Origin: an uncultured Candidatus Saccharibacteria bacterium
GTDB taxonomy: Bacteria > Patescibacteriota > Minisyncoccia > Phycocordibacterales > JACOZG01
Assembly: GCA_964546425.1 (NCBI GenBank)
Contig: CAZJJW010000001.1
Coordinates: 1-51,251 of the forward strand
Direction of reading: 5' to 3'
Length of the DNA stretch: 51,251 nucleotides
Shown: positions 24,004-31,793 of the stretch, one piece after another
How the letters are laid out: every line of letters begins with the position of its first letter
How positions within the stretch are numbered: the stretch's first letter is position 1
Notes under the pieces: generated by a model
The model's database searches: none
Told to the model about the DNA's origin: nothing
What the model saw: only the letters and a program-made list of their open reading frames with translations
Translations under genes and position numbers: made by a program

Positions 24004-25815
24004 ATGTGGCCCTTTAAGAAAAAAGAGAAAGCGGACGCGGCGGTGGCGCCCGTTTTCCCCCAAGATATTTATCAAATGGGCGTGCTGGAACTGCGCGATG
24101 TGATTGCGCCGTCGGCGCTTAAAATCACCCCGCGAATTTTAAACTTGGGCGACAAGGTGGCGCGGACTTTCTATGTCATCTCTTATCCGCGGATTCTCGC
24201 CGGTGATTGGCTCTCGCCGGTGATCAATCTCGACAAAGTTTTCGACATCTCGATTCTGATTCACCCGATTGACAGCTCGGTCGCCTTGCGCCAACTGGAG
24301 AAAAAGGTGGCCGAAGTTCAGAGTCAGATCAGCTTGAAAGAAGAAAAGGGCTTGGTCCGCGATCCGATTCTCGACACCGCTTATGAAGATATCGAGACGT
24401 TGCGCGACTCACTCCAGCAAGCGCGTGAAAAAATTTTTGATGTCGGTCTCTATATCACGATTTACGCCGACAACGAGGATGAATTGAACAAAACCGAGAT
24501 TGAGATCAAGGGCATTCTCGATGCCAAGTTGGTCTACTTGAAGCCGGCGCTCTTCCAACAAGCCGAGGGCTTCAAGAGTGTCTTGCCGGTGGCCGAAGAT
24601 TTGCTTAATGTCAATTACAAACTCAATTCCTCGCCGCTCTCGAGCGTTTTCCCTTTCGTCTCGTTCGATCTGACTTCCAACAAGGGGATTCTCTACGGCA
24701 TCAACCGCCACAATTCCAGTTTGGTGCTGTTTGATCGTTTCTCGCTCGAGAACTACAACTCGGTCGTCTTCGCCAAATCCGGCTCCGGCAAATCCTACGC
24801 CGCCAAACTGGAAATCTTGCGCAGTTTGATGTTTGACACCGATGTGCTGGTGATCGATCCGGAGCGCGAATACGAATTCTTGTCCGAAGCGGTCGGCGGG
24901 CGCTACTTCAACATCTCGCTGACCTCCGAACACCATATCAATCCGTTTGATCTACCGTTCCCGCGCGAGGATGAGTCGCCGGCGGATGTCTTGCGCTCGA
25001 ATATCATCAACTTGGTCGGCTTGTTTCGCTTGATGTTGGGCGGCTTGACGCCGGAAGAAGACGCGATTATTGACCGCGCCATTACCGAAACTTACGCGCT
25101 TAAAGATATTACCGCCGATAGTAACTTCGGGGGTAAACCGCCGCCACTCCTCTCGGATTTGGAGTTGGTGTTGGTCGGGATGGAGGGCGGCGAGCAGTTG
25201 GCGCAACGTTTGCTCAAATACACGCGCGGCACTTGGGCCGGTTTCTTAAACAAGCCGACCAATGTTGATATCAACAAGAAATTCATCGTCTTTTCGGTCC
25301 GCGATATGGAAGATGAACTGAAGCCGGTGGCGATGTATATCGTGATGCACAATATTTGGAACGCCATCCGCCGCAATTTGAAAAAGCGCTTGCTCGTCAT
25401 TGACGAGGCCTGGTGGATGATGAAATCCAAAGACACCGCCTCGTTCTTGTTTTCGCTGGTTAAAAGGGGAAGAAAATACTATTTGGGCGTGGCCACGATT
25501 ACTCAAGACGTGGGCGACTTCTTAAAGTCAGAATACGGTTTGCCGATTATTACTAATTCCTCGATTCAATTATTACTCAAACAATCGCCGGCTTCGATTG
25601 AGATGGTCCAGCAAACTTTCCAACTGACCGACGAGGAAAAATACTTGCTTTTGGAATCGGCGGTCGGCGAGGGCATCTTCTTCGCCGGTTTGAAGCACGT
25701 GGCGGTGAAAATCATCGCCTCTTACACCGAAGATCAAATTATCACCTCCGATCCGTCGCAGATTCTGGCGATTAAGAAGGCGAAGGAGGAATTAGAAGCC
25801 GTTGGGCCGCAATAA
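24004..25815 (+). CDS. VirB4/TraC/PrgJ-type T4SS ATPase
   Basis: N-domain ...IAPSALKITPRILNLGDKVARTFYVISYPRILAGDWLSPVI.... Walker A FAKSGSGKSY, Walker B LLVIDEAWWMM. 603 aa. Confidence 0.85.
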   Translation: MWPFKKKEKADAAVAPVFPQDIYQMGVLELRDVIAPSALKITPRILNLGDKVARTFYVISYPRILAGDWLSPVINLDKVFDISILIHPIDSSVALRQLEKKVAEVQSQISLKEEKGLVRDPILDTAYEDIETLRDSLQQAREKIFDVGLYITIYADNEDELNKTEIEIKGILDAKLVYLKPALFQQAEGFKSVLPVAEDLLNVNYKLNSSPLSSVFPFVSFDLTSNKGILYGINRHNSSLVLFDRFSLENYNSVVFAKSGSGKSYAAKLEILRSLMFDTDVLVIDPEREYEFLSEAVGGRYFNISLTSEHHINPFDLPFPREDESPADVLRSNIINLVGLFRLMLGGLTPEEDAIIDRAITETYALKDITADSNFGGKPPPLLSDLELVLVGMEGGEQLAQRLLKYTRGTWAGFLNKPTNVDINKKFIVFSVRDMEDELKPVAMYIVMHNIWNAIRRNLKKRLLVIDEAWWMMKSKDTASFLFSLVKRGRKYYLGVATITQDVGDFLKSEYGLPIITNSSIQLLLKQSPASIEMVQQTFQLTDEEKYLLLESAVGEGIFFAGLKHVAVKIIASYTEDQIITSDPSQILAIKKAKEELEAVGPQ

Positions 25816-25817
25816 TT

Positions 25818-26195
25818 ATGGCCGAAGCAAAGAAAGCGAAAATGGGCTGGTTGGGTGGCGGGGTGGCCATTGGGTTGGCCGCGATGGTTGACCTGGTCAA
25901 ACTCCTGCTCTACTTCATCCTGATCGGCTTTGTGGTAAACTGGATTATCAGTTTTATGTTTTTGCTGGCCTTCGCGATTTGGCTGACGCTCAAACACGCG
26001 ATGACCCTACCACGGGGGATTACCCTGCTCGGAGCCGTGGTCTACAGCTTAGTCCCGTTTGCCATGACCGGCACGGTGGCGGGGATGGTCGCGAGGATTA
26101 TTGCCGGAGATAAGTTAGCGGTGGCGATACCGGGCGGCAAAGCCGCCCCGAAACCGTCCCGGCTGCGGTTCGGTCATGTTTCTTACGAAGGATAG
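25818..26195 (+). CDS. Small polytopic membrane protein (T4SS operon)
   Basis: 3-4 hydrophobic helices. Starts 2 nt after the VirB4 stop. Confidence 0.5.
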   Translation: MAEAKKAKMGWLGGGVAIGLAAMVDLVKLLLYFILIGFVVNWIISFMFLLAFAIWLTLKHAMTLPRGITLLGAVVYSLVPFAMTGTVAGMVARIIAGDKLAVAIPGGKAAPKPSRLRFGHVSYEG

Positions 26196-26212
26196 TGAGC
26201 AAACTATCGATT

Positions 26213-26437
26213 TTATAACAACCTCCTAAACTCATTCTCCGACAAACCGGCTTGTTTAATAATTGATTTGTATAACCAACGTGGTAGATCGCCCGGATGC
26301 ATTGGGATGGTGAGGTGGCGTTTGGTGGTAGGATGATAAAAAGCTTTGTGGCTACCGCTCTGCTCGTCTTCCAGAAAGCCCGCCCGCAAGATGGCTTTGG
26401 CCATCTGGCGAGCGGTTAAGTTTGGCAAACGAGTCAT
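26213..26437 (-). CDS. hicA: HicA-family mRNA interferase toxin
   Basis: RQMAKAILRAGFLEDEQSGSHKAFYHP...LTIPMHPGDLPRWLYKSIIKQAGLS is the HicA/YcfA pattern. Confidence 0.75.
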   Translation of the reverse strand: MTRLPNLTARQMAKAILRAGFLEDEQSGSHKAFYHPTTKRHLTIPMHPGDLPRWLYKSIIKQAGLSENEFRRLL

Positions 26438-26685
26438 GCCGGCTGGGGAAGGGGAATTTGGATAATAACCACGCTGGGCAAAGAAGATTCCACCGGAACC
26501 GTTTCGCCATGCTTGAGCATTGAGCGCAAATGAAGCTGAATCGCTTCATGGGCATTGGTGATAGCCTCCTCGGTGGTCCGACCACGAGAGAAACAGCCCG
26601 GCAAAACCGGAACCTCGACCCAGTAACCGGACTCCTCGCCCGCTTCGTTGGGATGGATAATCACACTATATGTACTGGTACGCAT
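26434..26685 (-). CDS. hicB: HicB-family antitoxin (UPF0150 core only)
   Basis: YSVIIHPNEAGEESGYWVEVPVLPGCFSRGRTTEEAITNAHEAIQLHL. Overlaps hicA by 4 nt. Confidence 0.75.
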   Translation of the reverse strand: MRTSTYSVIIHPNEAGEESGYWVEVPVLPGCFSRGRTTEEAITNAHEAIQLHLRSMLKHGETVPVESSLPSVVIIQIPLPQPA

Positions 26686-26723
26686 AGCCTACAGATTACC
26701 ATAGTTGTGGTAAAATAAAAGGC

Positions 26724-27467
26724 ATGAAATTGGCGACGTTGATAATTGCCCTGACCCTAGCTGGCACCGCCTTGGCCCAAACGCCGACCGGTACGGTTGA
26801 TCTCTTGTGGCAAGCTAATACTTACACGCCGCCGTGGTACCGCGGCCACAGTTTGCCTACCGCCGGTAGCGTGGTCAAAGTCGTCGCCTTGCCGCATATT
26901 AAGGTTGGCGGAGGCCTGCCTGCGCAGGCAGGCGAAGCCTCGGCGCGAGATCTCATTTTCCGGTGGCAGAAGGATGGCCGCGATGTGCCAAGTGTCTCCG
27001 GCGCCGGGCAAGACACACTCTCTTACATTGTTGACAGCGGTGGCAATACGATTGCCGTGGCCGTGCTTAATCGGACCGGAACGCTCTTGGCCGCCCGGCG
27101 CCTAACGCTCCTTGCCAGCGAGCCGAAAGTGGTGCTTTATGAAGAGGACCCGCTGGCCGGCACGGCTTATTGGCAAGCGGTGGCGACCACCACCTTGCTC
27201 GCGGAACCTGAACTGACGGTGCGCGCCGAGCCGTACTTCTTCACTCGGGCGGCAGTCGAAGCCGGGCGCTTAAATTACGAGTGGAAATTAAACGGCAAAA
27301 AGATTATCACCGACGCCGCCAACACTCAATTACTCACCTTCGCCGCGCCGGCCGAAGGCGGGGGGGAGAATACCATTGAGCTAGCCGTCAGTAATTTAGC
27401 CAACGCGCTGCAGAGCGCCAAAACCAAATTGCTACTTAAATTTAATCAGCAAAATTTTAGTTTTTGA
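26724..27467 (+). CDS. Secreted hypothetical protein (T4SS operon)
   Basis: Signal peptide MKLATLIIALTLAGTALAQ. Beta-rich composition. Carries a REP-A-derived insert. Confidence 0.5.
   Translation: MKLATLIIALTLAGTALAQTPTGTVDLLWQANTYTPPWYRGHSLPTAGSVVKVVALPHIKVGGGLPAQAGEASARDLIFRWQKDGRDVPSVSGAGQDTLSYIVDSGGNTIAVAVLNRTGTLLAARRLTLLASEPKVVLYEEDPLAGTAYWQAVATTTLLAEPELTVRAEPYFFTRAAVEAGRLNYEWKLNGKKIITDAANTQLLTFAAPAEGGGENTIELAVSNLANALQSAKTKLLLKFNQQNFSF
26908..26944. repeat. REP family A variant split by a nested 18-nt palindromic insert
   Basis: GCGGAGGC + CTGCCTGCGCAGGCAGGC + GAA + GCCTCGGC. Positions 26914-26933 form a perfect 20-nt palindrome, GCCTGCCTGC/GCAGGCAGGC. Confidence 0.6.
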
Positions 27468-27468
27468 G

Positions 27469-27882
27469 ATGAAAATATACCTTGCTTTAATCTTGTTTTC
27501 TCTATCATGGTTTACGCCGTGGGTATTAGCGGCCGACTGTACCAACTCCGGCGGCAATACGGTGTGTGTCTTAGAGCCGTCCATTCCAGAAACTCCACAA
27601 GTTGAAGACTTTGGTTCGTATCTGGGTAAACTCTTCAACAAAATAATCACCGCGGCGGCCATTTTGGCGGTACTGGCCATTGCCTGGTTTGGCTTCCAAT
27701 ATATGTTCAGCAACATTCCGGGCTTGAAATTGGAAAGTAAAAATAGAATCTGGGGCGCCGTCGGGGGTTTGATTCTAATCTTAGCCGCTTACATAATTCT
27801 AAAAGAGATCAACCCCCAGATTACCGAGAATATCGGGGGCTTGTTTAAAGATATTATCAAACCACTCCAAACACAGCCATGA
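27469..27882 (+). CDS. T4SS pilin-like protein (VirB2/TrbC-like: signal peptide plus two TM helices)
   Basis: Signal peptide MKIYLALILFSLSWFTPWVLA. Helices ITAAAILAVLAIAWFGFQYMF and IWGAVGGLILILAAYIIL, separated by a short loop. Confidence 0.55.
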   Translation: MKIYLALILFSLSWFTPWVLAADCTNSGGNTVCVLEPSIPETPQVEDFGSYLGKLFNKIITAAAILAVLAIAWFGFQYMFSNIPGLKLESKNRIWGAVGGLILILAAYIILKEINPQITENIGGLFKDIIKPLQTQP

Positions 27883-29129
27883 ACAAATTTATTATAATTC
27901 TAGTGGTGGTTGGATTCGTCATTATTGGCGGAGTGGCTTGGTGGTTTATTTTACCAACGCGCCAAGCACCCTTGCCCGCTCCAACCGAGACCGCCGAGCC
28001 GCTTTTTCCGACTGGCGGGGCGGTCAGCCCGCCGGCCAGTGAAGCGACCGAGCCAGCGCCGCCGGCGATTCCGGGTCAAAGTTTACCAGTCAAACAAATT
28101 TCGAAAAAGGCCGTCGCCGGGATGTTTGTCGCCGGCACCACCGCCACTAGTTCGGTGATTTACCTCGAGCGAGCGACCGGCCATGTCTACGTTTTGCCCC
28201 ACGACGGGAGCGAGGCCGCGCGCCTGTCCCAAACCACGATTCCCAAAATTGTCACTGTGGTGGGCGGAAAAACCGCTTCCAGTATCAAAGTTTTAGCTCA
28301 ATATTTGAAAGATGGTCGCCGCCAGAACTTCTTGGCTAATTTGCGGGTGGCCTCTACCACACCGGGTGAGAGCTTCGCCACCAATGCCAGCGAGAGTCCG
28401 GTCGGCGAGCTCTCCGGTTCACTGCTTGACGCCAATATTGAACAAGTAGTTTTCTCTCCGGTTCAAGACAAAATTTTCCACTTAGCCAACTCGAGTAGCG
28501 GCGCGGTTGGCACGATTTTTGATCCCATCACCAAAAGTCAAATTATCATTTTCTCTTCGCCGTTAAATGAGTGGCTTATTGGTTGGCCGGCCACCAGTAC
28601 GATTGCTCTCCTTGCCAAACCATCGGCTGAAACGGTCGGCTTCCTTTACTTGCTCGATGTGAAAACCAAAAAGTCGCGATTGGTTGTGTCGGGCGTTAAT
28701 GGGTTAACCACCCTCGTTAATAAAGCGGGGGACAAAATTTTGCTTAGCGGCATCGCGAATGGGCAATTAGCTTTTGGTTGGTATGATCTCGGACGACAAG
28801 CGTTCTCCGCCCTGCCGGTGAAAACTTTGACTGACAAGTGTGTCTGGGGCCGCGACAGTGCCGCGGTTTATTGCGGCGTGCCGACCACGCTTCCAGCCGG
28901 ACCATACCCGGATCACTGGTACTCGGGCGAAACCAGTTTCACCGACAATCTTTGGAAAATAAATATCCTGACCGGTCAGGCGCAAATCATTTTTAACCCC
29001 GAACTTAGCAATTTGGGCGAAGCGCTCGACGCTTATCAACTTTTGCTGACCAACGACGAAACAACGTTGTATTTTATCAACAAATACGATTCTACTTTGT
29101 GGTCGCTTGATTTAAGGCCGGTGTTTTAA
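27879..29129 (+). CDS. N-anchored hypothetical protein with Pro/Ala/Thr linker and beta-rich domain
   Basis: ATGA overlap with the pilin gene. TM segment FIIILVVVGFVIIGGVAWWFIL. Linker PAPTETAEPLFPTGGAVSPPASEATEPAPPAIPG. Confidence 0.5.
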   Translation: MNKFIIILVVVGFVIIGGVAWWFILPTRQAPLPAPTETAEPLFPTGGAVSPPASEATEPAPPAIPGQSLPVKQISKKAVAGMFVAGTTATSSVIYLERATGHVYVLPHDGSEAARLSQTTIPKIVTVVGGKTASSIKVLAQYLKDGRRQNFLANLRVASTTPGESFATNASESPVGELSGSLLDANIEQVVFSPVQDKIFHLANSSSGAVGTIFDPITKSQIIIFSSPLNEWLIGWPATSTIALLAKPSAETVGFLYLLDVKTKKSRLVVSGVNGLTTLVNKAGDKILLSGIANGQLAFGWYDLGRQAFSALPVKTLTDKCVWGRDSAAVYCGVPTTLPAGPYPDHWYSGETSFTDNLWKINILTGQAQIIFNPELSNLGEALDAYQLLLTNDETTLYFINKYDSTLWSLDLRPVF

Positions 29130-29835
29130 ACCGGCGGAAAAGGGATTCGGCCACAATCGTAAAGAGATTGCTGGTAATCCAATAGACGGCCACCGCCGAG
29201 GGCAAGCTAAGGGAGAAAAAAACCACTAAGACCGGCAAGACATAACGGACTTGGATATTCATGCTCCGGGCTAAATCTTCCTGGAACGAGCGCTCGGTTT
29301 TGGCCGGATTGGGGCTGGGCGGCGGCGGCATCATCAGCTGGGCTTGGATCATTTGAGTCAACCCGGCCAAGAGCGCCAGAATGTAACTTTTGGCCGTCAG
29401 ATCAAAAATCCCAAAGAAAAGCATGTCCACCGCCGGCGGCGCCACCACGAAAGAATAAAGGGCGGTTGGGTCAAAATTAAACCCACTCTGGAAAACGGCG
29501 TAAAGCGCGATAATGATCGGCAATTGAATAAAGATCGTCAGACCGCCCAGGGGATTGACCCGGTGCTCGCGGTACAGATTCATCAATTGTCGCGCTTGCT
29601 CGGCCTTATCGTCTTGGTGCTTGGCTTTGAGCTCTTTAATGAGCGGCTCAAGCGCCTTCATCTTGGCTTGAGTGCGAAGCATCTGCCACTGAAGCGGCAA
29701 GAGTAAAAATTTAACCGCCACCGTAAGCGCGACAATCGCTAAACCAATATCATGCCCGGGCAAAAGCGCGCTTAGAAAGACTAGCGCGTTGTAAAGGGGA
29801 AGAAAAAAGATCTGATGGAAAAATACTTTCACCAT
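29092..29835 (-). CDS. yidC: YidC/Oxa1-family membrane protein insertase
   Basis: ...GLAIVALTVAVKFLLLPL..., MKALEPLIKELKAKH, NPLGG..IFIQLPIIIALY. Confidence 0.85.
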   Translation of the reverse strand: MVKVFFHQIFFLPLYNALVFLSALLPGHDIGLAIVALTVAVKFLLLPLQWQMLRTQAKMKALEPLIKELKAKHQDDKAEQARQLMNLYREHRVNPLGGLTIFIQLPIIIALYAVFQSGFNFDPTALYSFVVAPPAVDMLFFGIFDLTAKSYILALLAGLTQMIQAQLMMPPPPSPNPAKTERSFQEDLARSMNIQVRYVLPVLVVFFSLSLPSAVAVYWITSNLFTIVAESLFRRFKTPALNQATTK

Positions 29836-30107
29836 CAGATGATTTTAGCCCGTTTGAGCAAAAAAACAAGTTGTTGCTCGAGCTCTGGAAAGCTAAGCTC
29901 GGCAGCGCCCTTGGTAAAGAAAATGAAGGTGTCGTAATGCTTGGGTGAGCTCGCTTGGTGCCGGCGGATAATGTGGCGGGCCCGGCGCTTGAGCTTATTT
30001 CGGGTCACGGCCAAGCGGGCCACTTTAGCCGAGACCACCAGAACGAACCGCCCCGCCGCGGTGGCGGGCAAGCCCGACCCTTTGACCAACTTGAGCGAGG
30101 CCTGCAT
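29835..30107 (-). CDS. rnpA: Ribonuclease P protein component (short, 90 aa)
   Basis: ORF 29835..30293 trimmed to ATG 30107. FVLVVSAKVARLAVTRNKLKRRARHIIR is the RnpA RNR-like motif. Sits directly downstream of rpmH. Confidence 0.7.
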   Translation of the reverse strand: MQASLKLVKGSGLPATAAGRFVLVVSAKVARLAVTRNKLKRRARHIIRRHQASSPKHYDTFIFFTKGAAELSFPELEQQLVFLLKRAKII

Positions 30108-30109
30108 TG

Positions 30110-30244
30110 TTAAACGGTGAGCCGCCGCCGGCCCTTCTGCCGTCTCGCTTTTAACACCCTCCGCCCGGCTTTGGTGCGGCTTCGGGCCAAGAAACCGTGC
30201 GTCCGGCCCCGTTTTCGCTTTTTGGGTTGGTAAGTTTGTGACAT
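30110..30244 (-). CDS. rpmH: 50S ribosomal protein L34 (44 aa; not in the ORF track)
   Basis: Hand translation of the minus strand gives [44 protein letters not shown], the canonical L34 sequence pattern. Confidence 0.9.
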   Translation of the reverse strand: MSQTYQPKKRKRGRTHGFLARSRTKAGRRVLKARRQKGRRRLTV

Positions 30245-30269
30245 AAAACCATCCTAACACGGCTGGCGG

Positions 30270-30322
30270 GAGTAATCCACTTGTTATCAACACAATTACA
30301 ACACAGACGCTGTTTGATAATC
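30270..30322. repeat. 53-bp direct repeat, copy 1 (rpmH-proximal)
   Basis: GAGTAATCCACTTGTTATCAACACAATTACAACACAGACGCTGTTTGATAATC, identical to 31713-31765. Looser similarity (CCAA.GG..TATAAT) continues about 20 nt further. Confidence 0.95.
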
Positions 30323-30340
30323 CGGACCAAAGGTATAATT

Positions 30341-31033
30341 TTAGTAAATGTAGGTGGTGATACTGGCTTCTGCTATGTCTTTCATTTTCTCAAATAATTC
30401 GCGTTGCTTCCATTCTTTTTCTCGGAAAAACATCGAGACCGGAGAATAATTATCTTGTTTATGGACAAAAATGCGGTTTAGTGGATAAAACTCGTTCATC
30501 GTAATAACTCTATCCCTAATTGATGAACCATCGGCAAAATCGTCTCCCCAGCCAAAGCAAACAAATGGTGTTATTTTCTCGTATTGCAGTGTTGCTCTCA
30601 CTCCGATGAGATTTTTGCCTAGCCTCTCGATAGCATTCCCCATTGATTGCTTTTTCTTGCCTTCCGCAATGCGCTTGCTGTTAGTGCCCTGGTGTTTCAT
30701 CTCAACGGCGAGAGCAATTCTGCGGTAATTATCGTCCGCTTTCTTTCGTAACACCAAAATACCGCCATCGGGTTTGATATAAGAGTCTTCTTTTGTGAGA
30801 GCTGAAAACTCTGATCTTTTGTCGTAGGTCTTGATAATACCAATTAACTCGGCTAGTTTAATTGATTTTACATAATCAAGATAGTAACCCAAACTGGCGA
30901 GATTGAAGCGGCTATTTAGGTGTGCAATGACCCTAGCCATTACGATGGCGATTTTCTTGTCATCGCCCTTGGACAGAGTATTCTTAGGCGTGTGCTGGCT
31001 TATGTTTTGCCGTAAAAAGTTGCTGTTGCTCAT
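30341..31033 (-). CDS. EcoRI-family type II restriction endonuclease
   Basis: IKPDGGILVL...ALAVEMKHQG...GNAIERLGKNL parallels the EcoRI blocks IKPDGGIVEV / EAKHQG / GNAIERSHKN (PD...E.K active site). AT-rich. Confidence 0.7.
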   Translation of the reverse strand: MSNSNFLRQNISQHTPKNTLSKGDDKKIAIVMARVIAHLNSRFNLASLGYYLDYVKSIKLAELIGIIKTYDKRSEFSALTKEDSYIKPDGGILVLRKKADDNYRRIALAVEMKHQGTNSKRIAEGKKKQSMGNAIERLGKNLIGVRATLQYEKITPFVCFGWGDDFADGSSIRDRVITMNEFYPLNRIFVHKQDNYSPVSMFFREKEWKQRELFEKMKDIAEASITTYIY

Positions 31034-31655
31034 GTTCTGGGTTTCTCACAAAATAATGACCGTCTAGCTTATCCAGATTAAATATCAGCACTTCGCTGTG
31101 GAATAAAATATCCTTGAACACGTCCTTGGGAAGTGAGACAATGCTGGTAATTGGCGGGTATTTCCCATTTATAAATTTAACCCACCGTTTGCTGTTCTCG
31201 GTCTGATTAAGCCGAAAACCGTAGGGGGTAAACATTGCCATTGGCACTTCTGCGCCAAATAATTCTACCGCCTTTTGGAACCAGATTTCTGGCAGGAGCG
31301 GCCTACCACCATAATGTTCTTGGATATACACCTTAGTCTTGCTGTCAATATTAAACGGTGGGTTCATAATTACAAGGGCGGGCGTCTCGAGCTCGCCTTT
31401 TTCTACCTCTAGGTAGTTCTTGACTTTAGTGTAAGGAAAGCCCTGATTTTCAATGTCTATTCCCAATACTCTATAGCCATTCTTCTTCCATGGCCTCAAT
31501 AACGACCCGCGGCCAACGCAAGGATCAAGAATAAGGCCGTTTTCTTTAATCTGCTCATTGAGGATGCTGTACAAAAACTCGCTTACGTGGTCTGGGGTAT
31601 AGACCGTAGCTCCTTTTTCGTTCTCATAAAAATTATTGCGGTCTACTCGATACAT
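30984..31655 (-). CDS. N6-adenine DNA methyltransferase (gamma-type, small)
   Basis: ORF 30984..31736 trimmed to ATG 31655. The N-terminal MLITSGLL... is read out of the direct repeat. Motif I ILDPCVGRGSLL, motif IV MNPPF. Confidence 0.8.
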   Translation of the reverse strand: MYRVDRNNFYENEKGATVYTPDHVSEFLYSILNEQIKENGLILDPCVGRGSLLRPWKKNGYRVLGIDIENQGFPYTKVKNYLEVEKGELETPALVIMNPPFNIDSKTKVYIQEHYGGRPLLPEIWFQKAVELFGAEVPMAMFTPYGFRLNQTENSKRWVKFINGKYPPITSIVSLPKDVFKDILFHSEVLIFNLDKLDGHYFVRNPEHEQQQLFTAKHKPAHA

Positions 31656-31712
31656 AATTAAAGTATAGCAAGTATCAACCCACCTGAATACTCGTGTTGG
31701 GGATAGCAAAAA

Positions 31713-31765
31713 GAGTAATCCACTTGTTATCAACACAATTACAACACAGACGCTGTTTGATAATC
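31713..31765. repeat. 53-bp direct repeat, copy 2 (dnaA-proximal)
   Basis: Identical to 30270-30322. Confidence 0.95.
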
Positions 31766-31793
31766 TATCCCAAGGGCATATAATCTACTCACT

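Noticed and set aside
30108-30293. N-terminal extension of the rnpA ORF (MLITSGLL...AAHRLT) in ORF 29835..30293.
   Set aside because: The extension reads across the rpmH gene in another frame and starts inside the 53-bp repeat. An L34 ORF (30110..30244) and an ATG at 30107 explain the region better.
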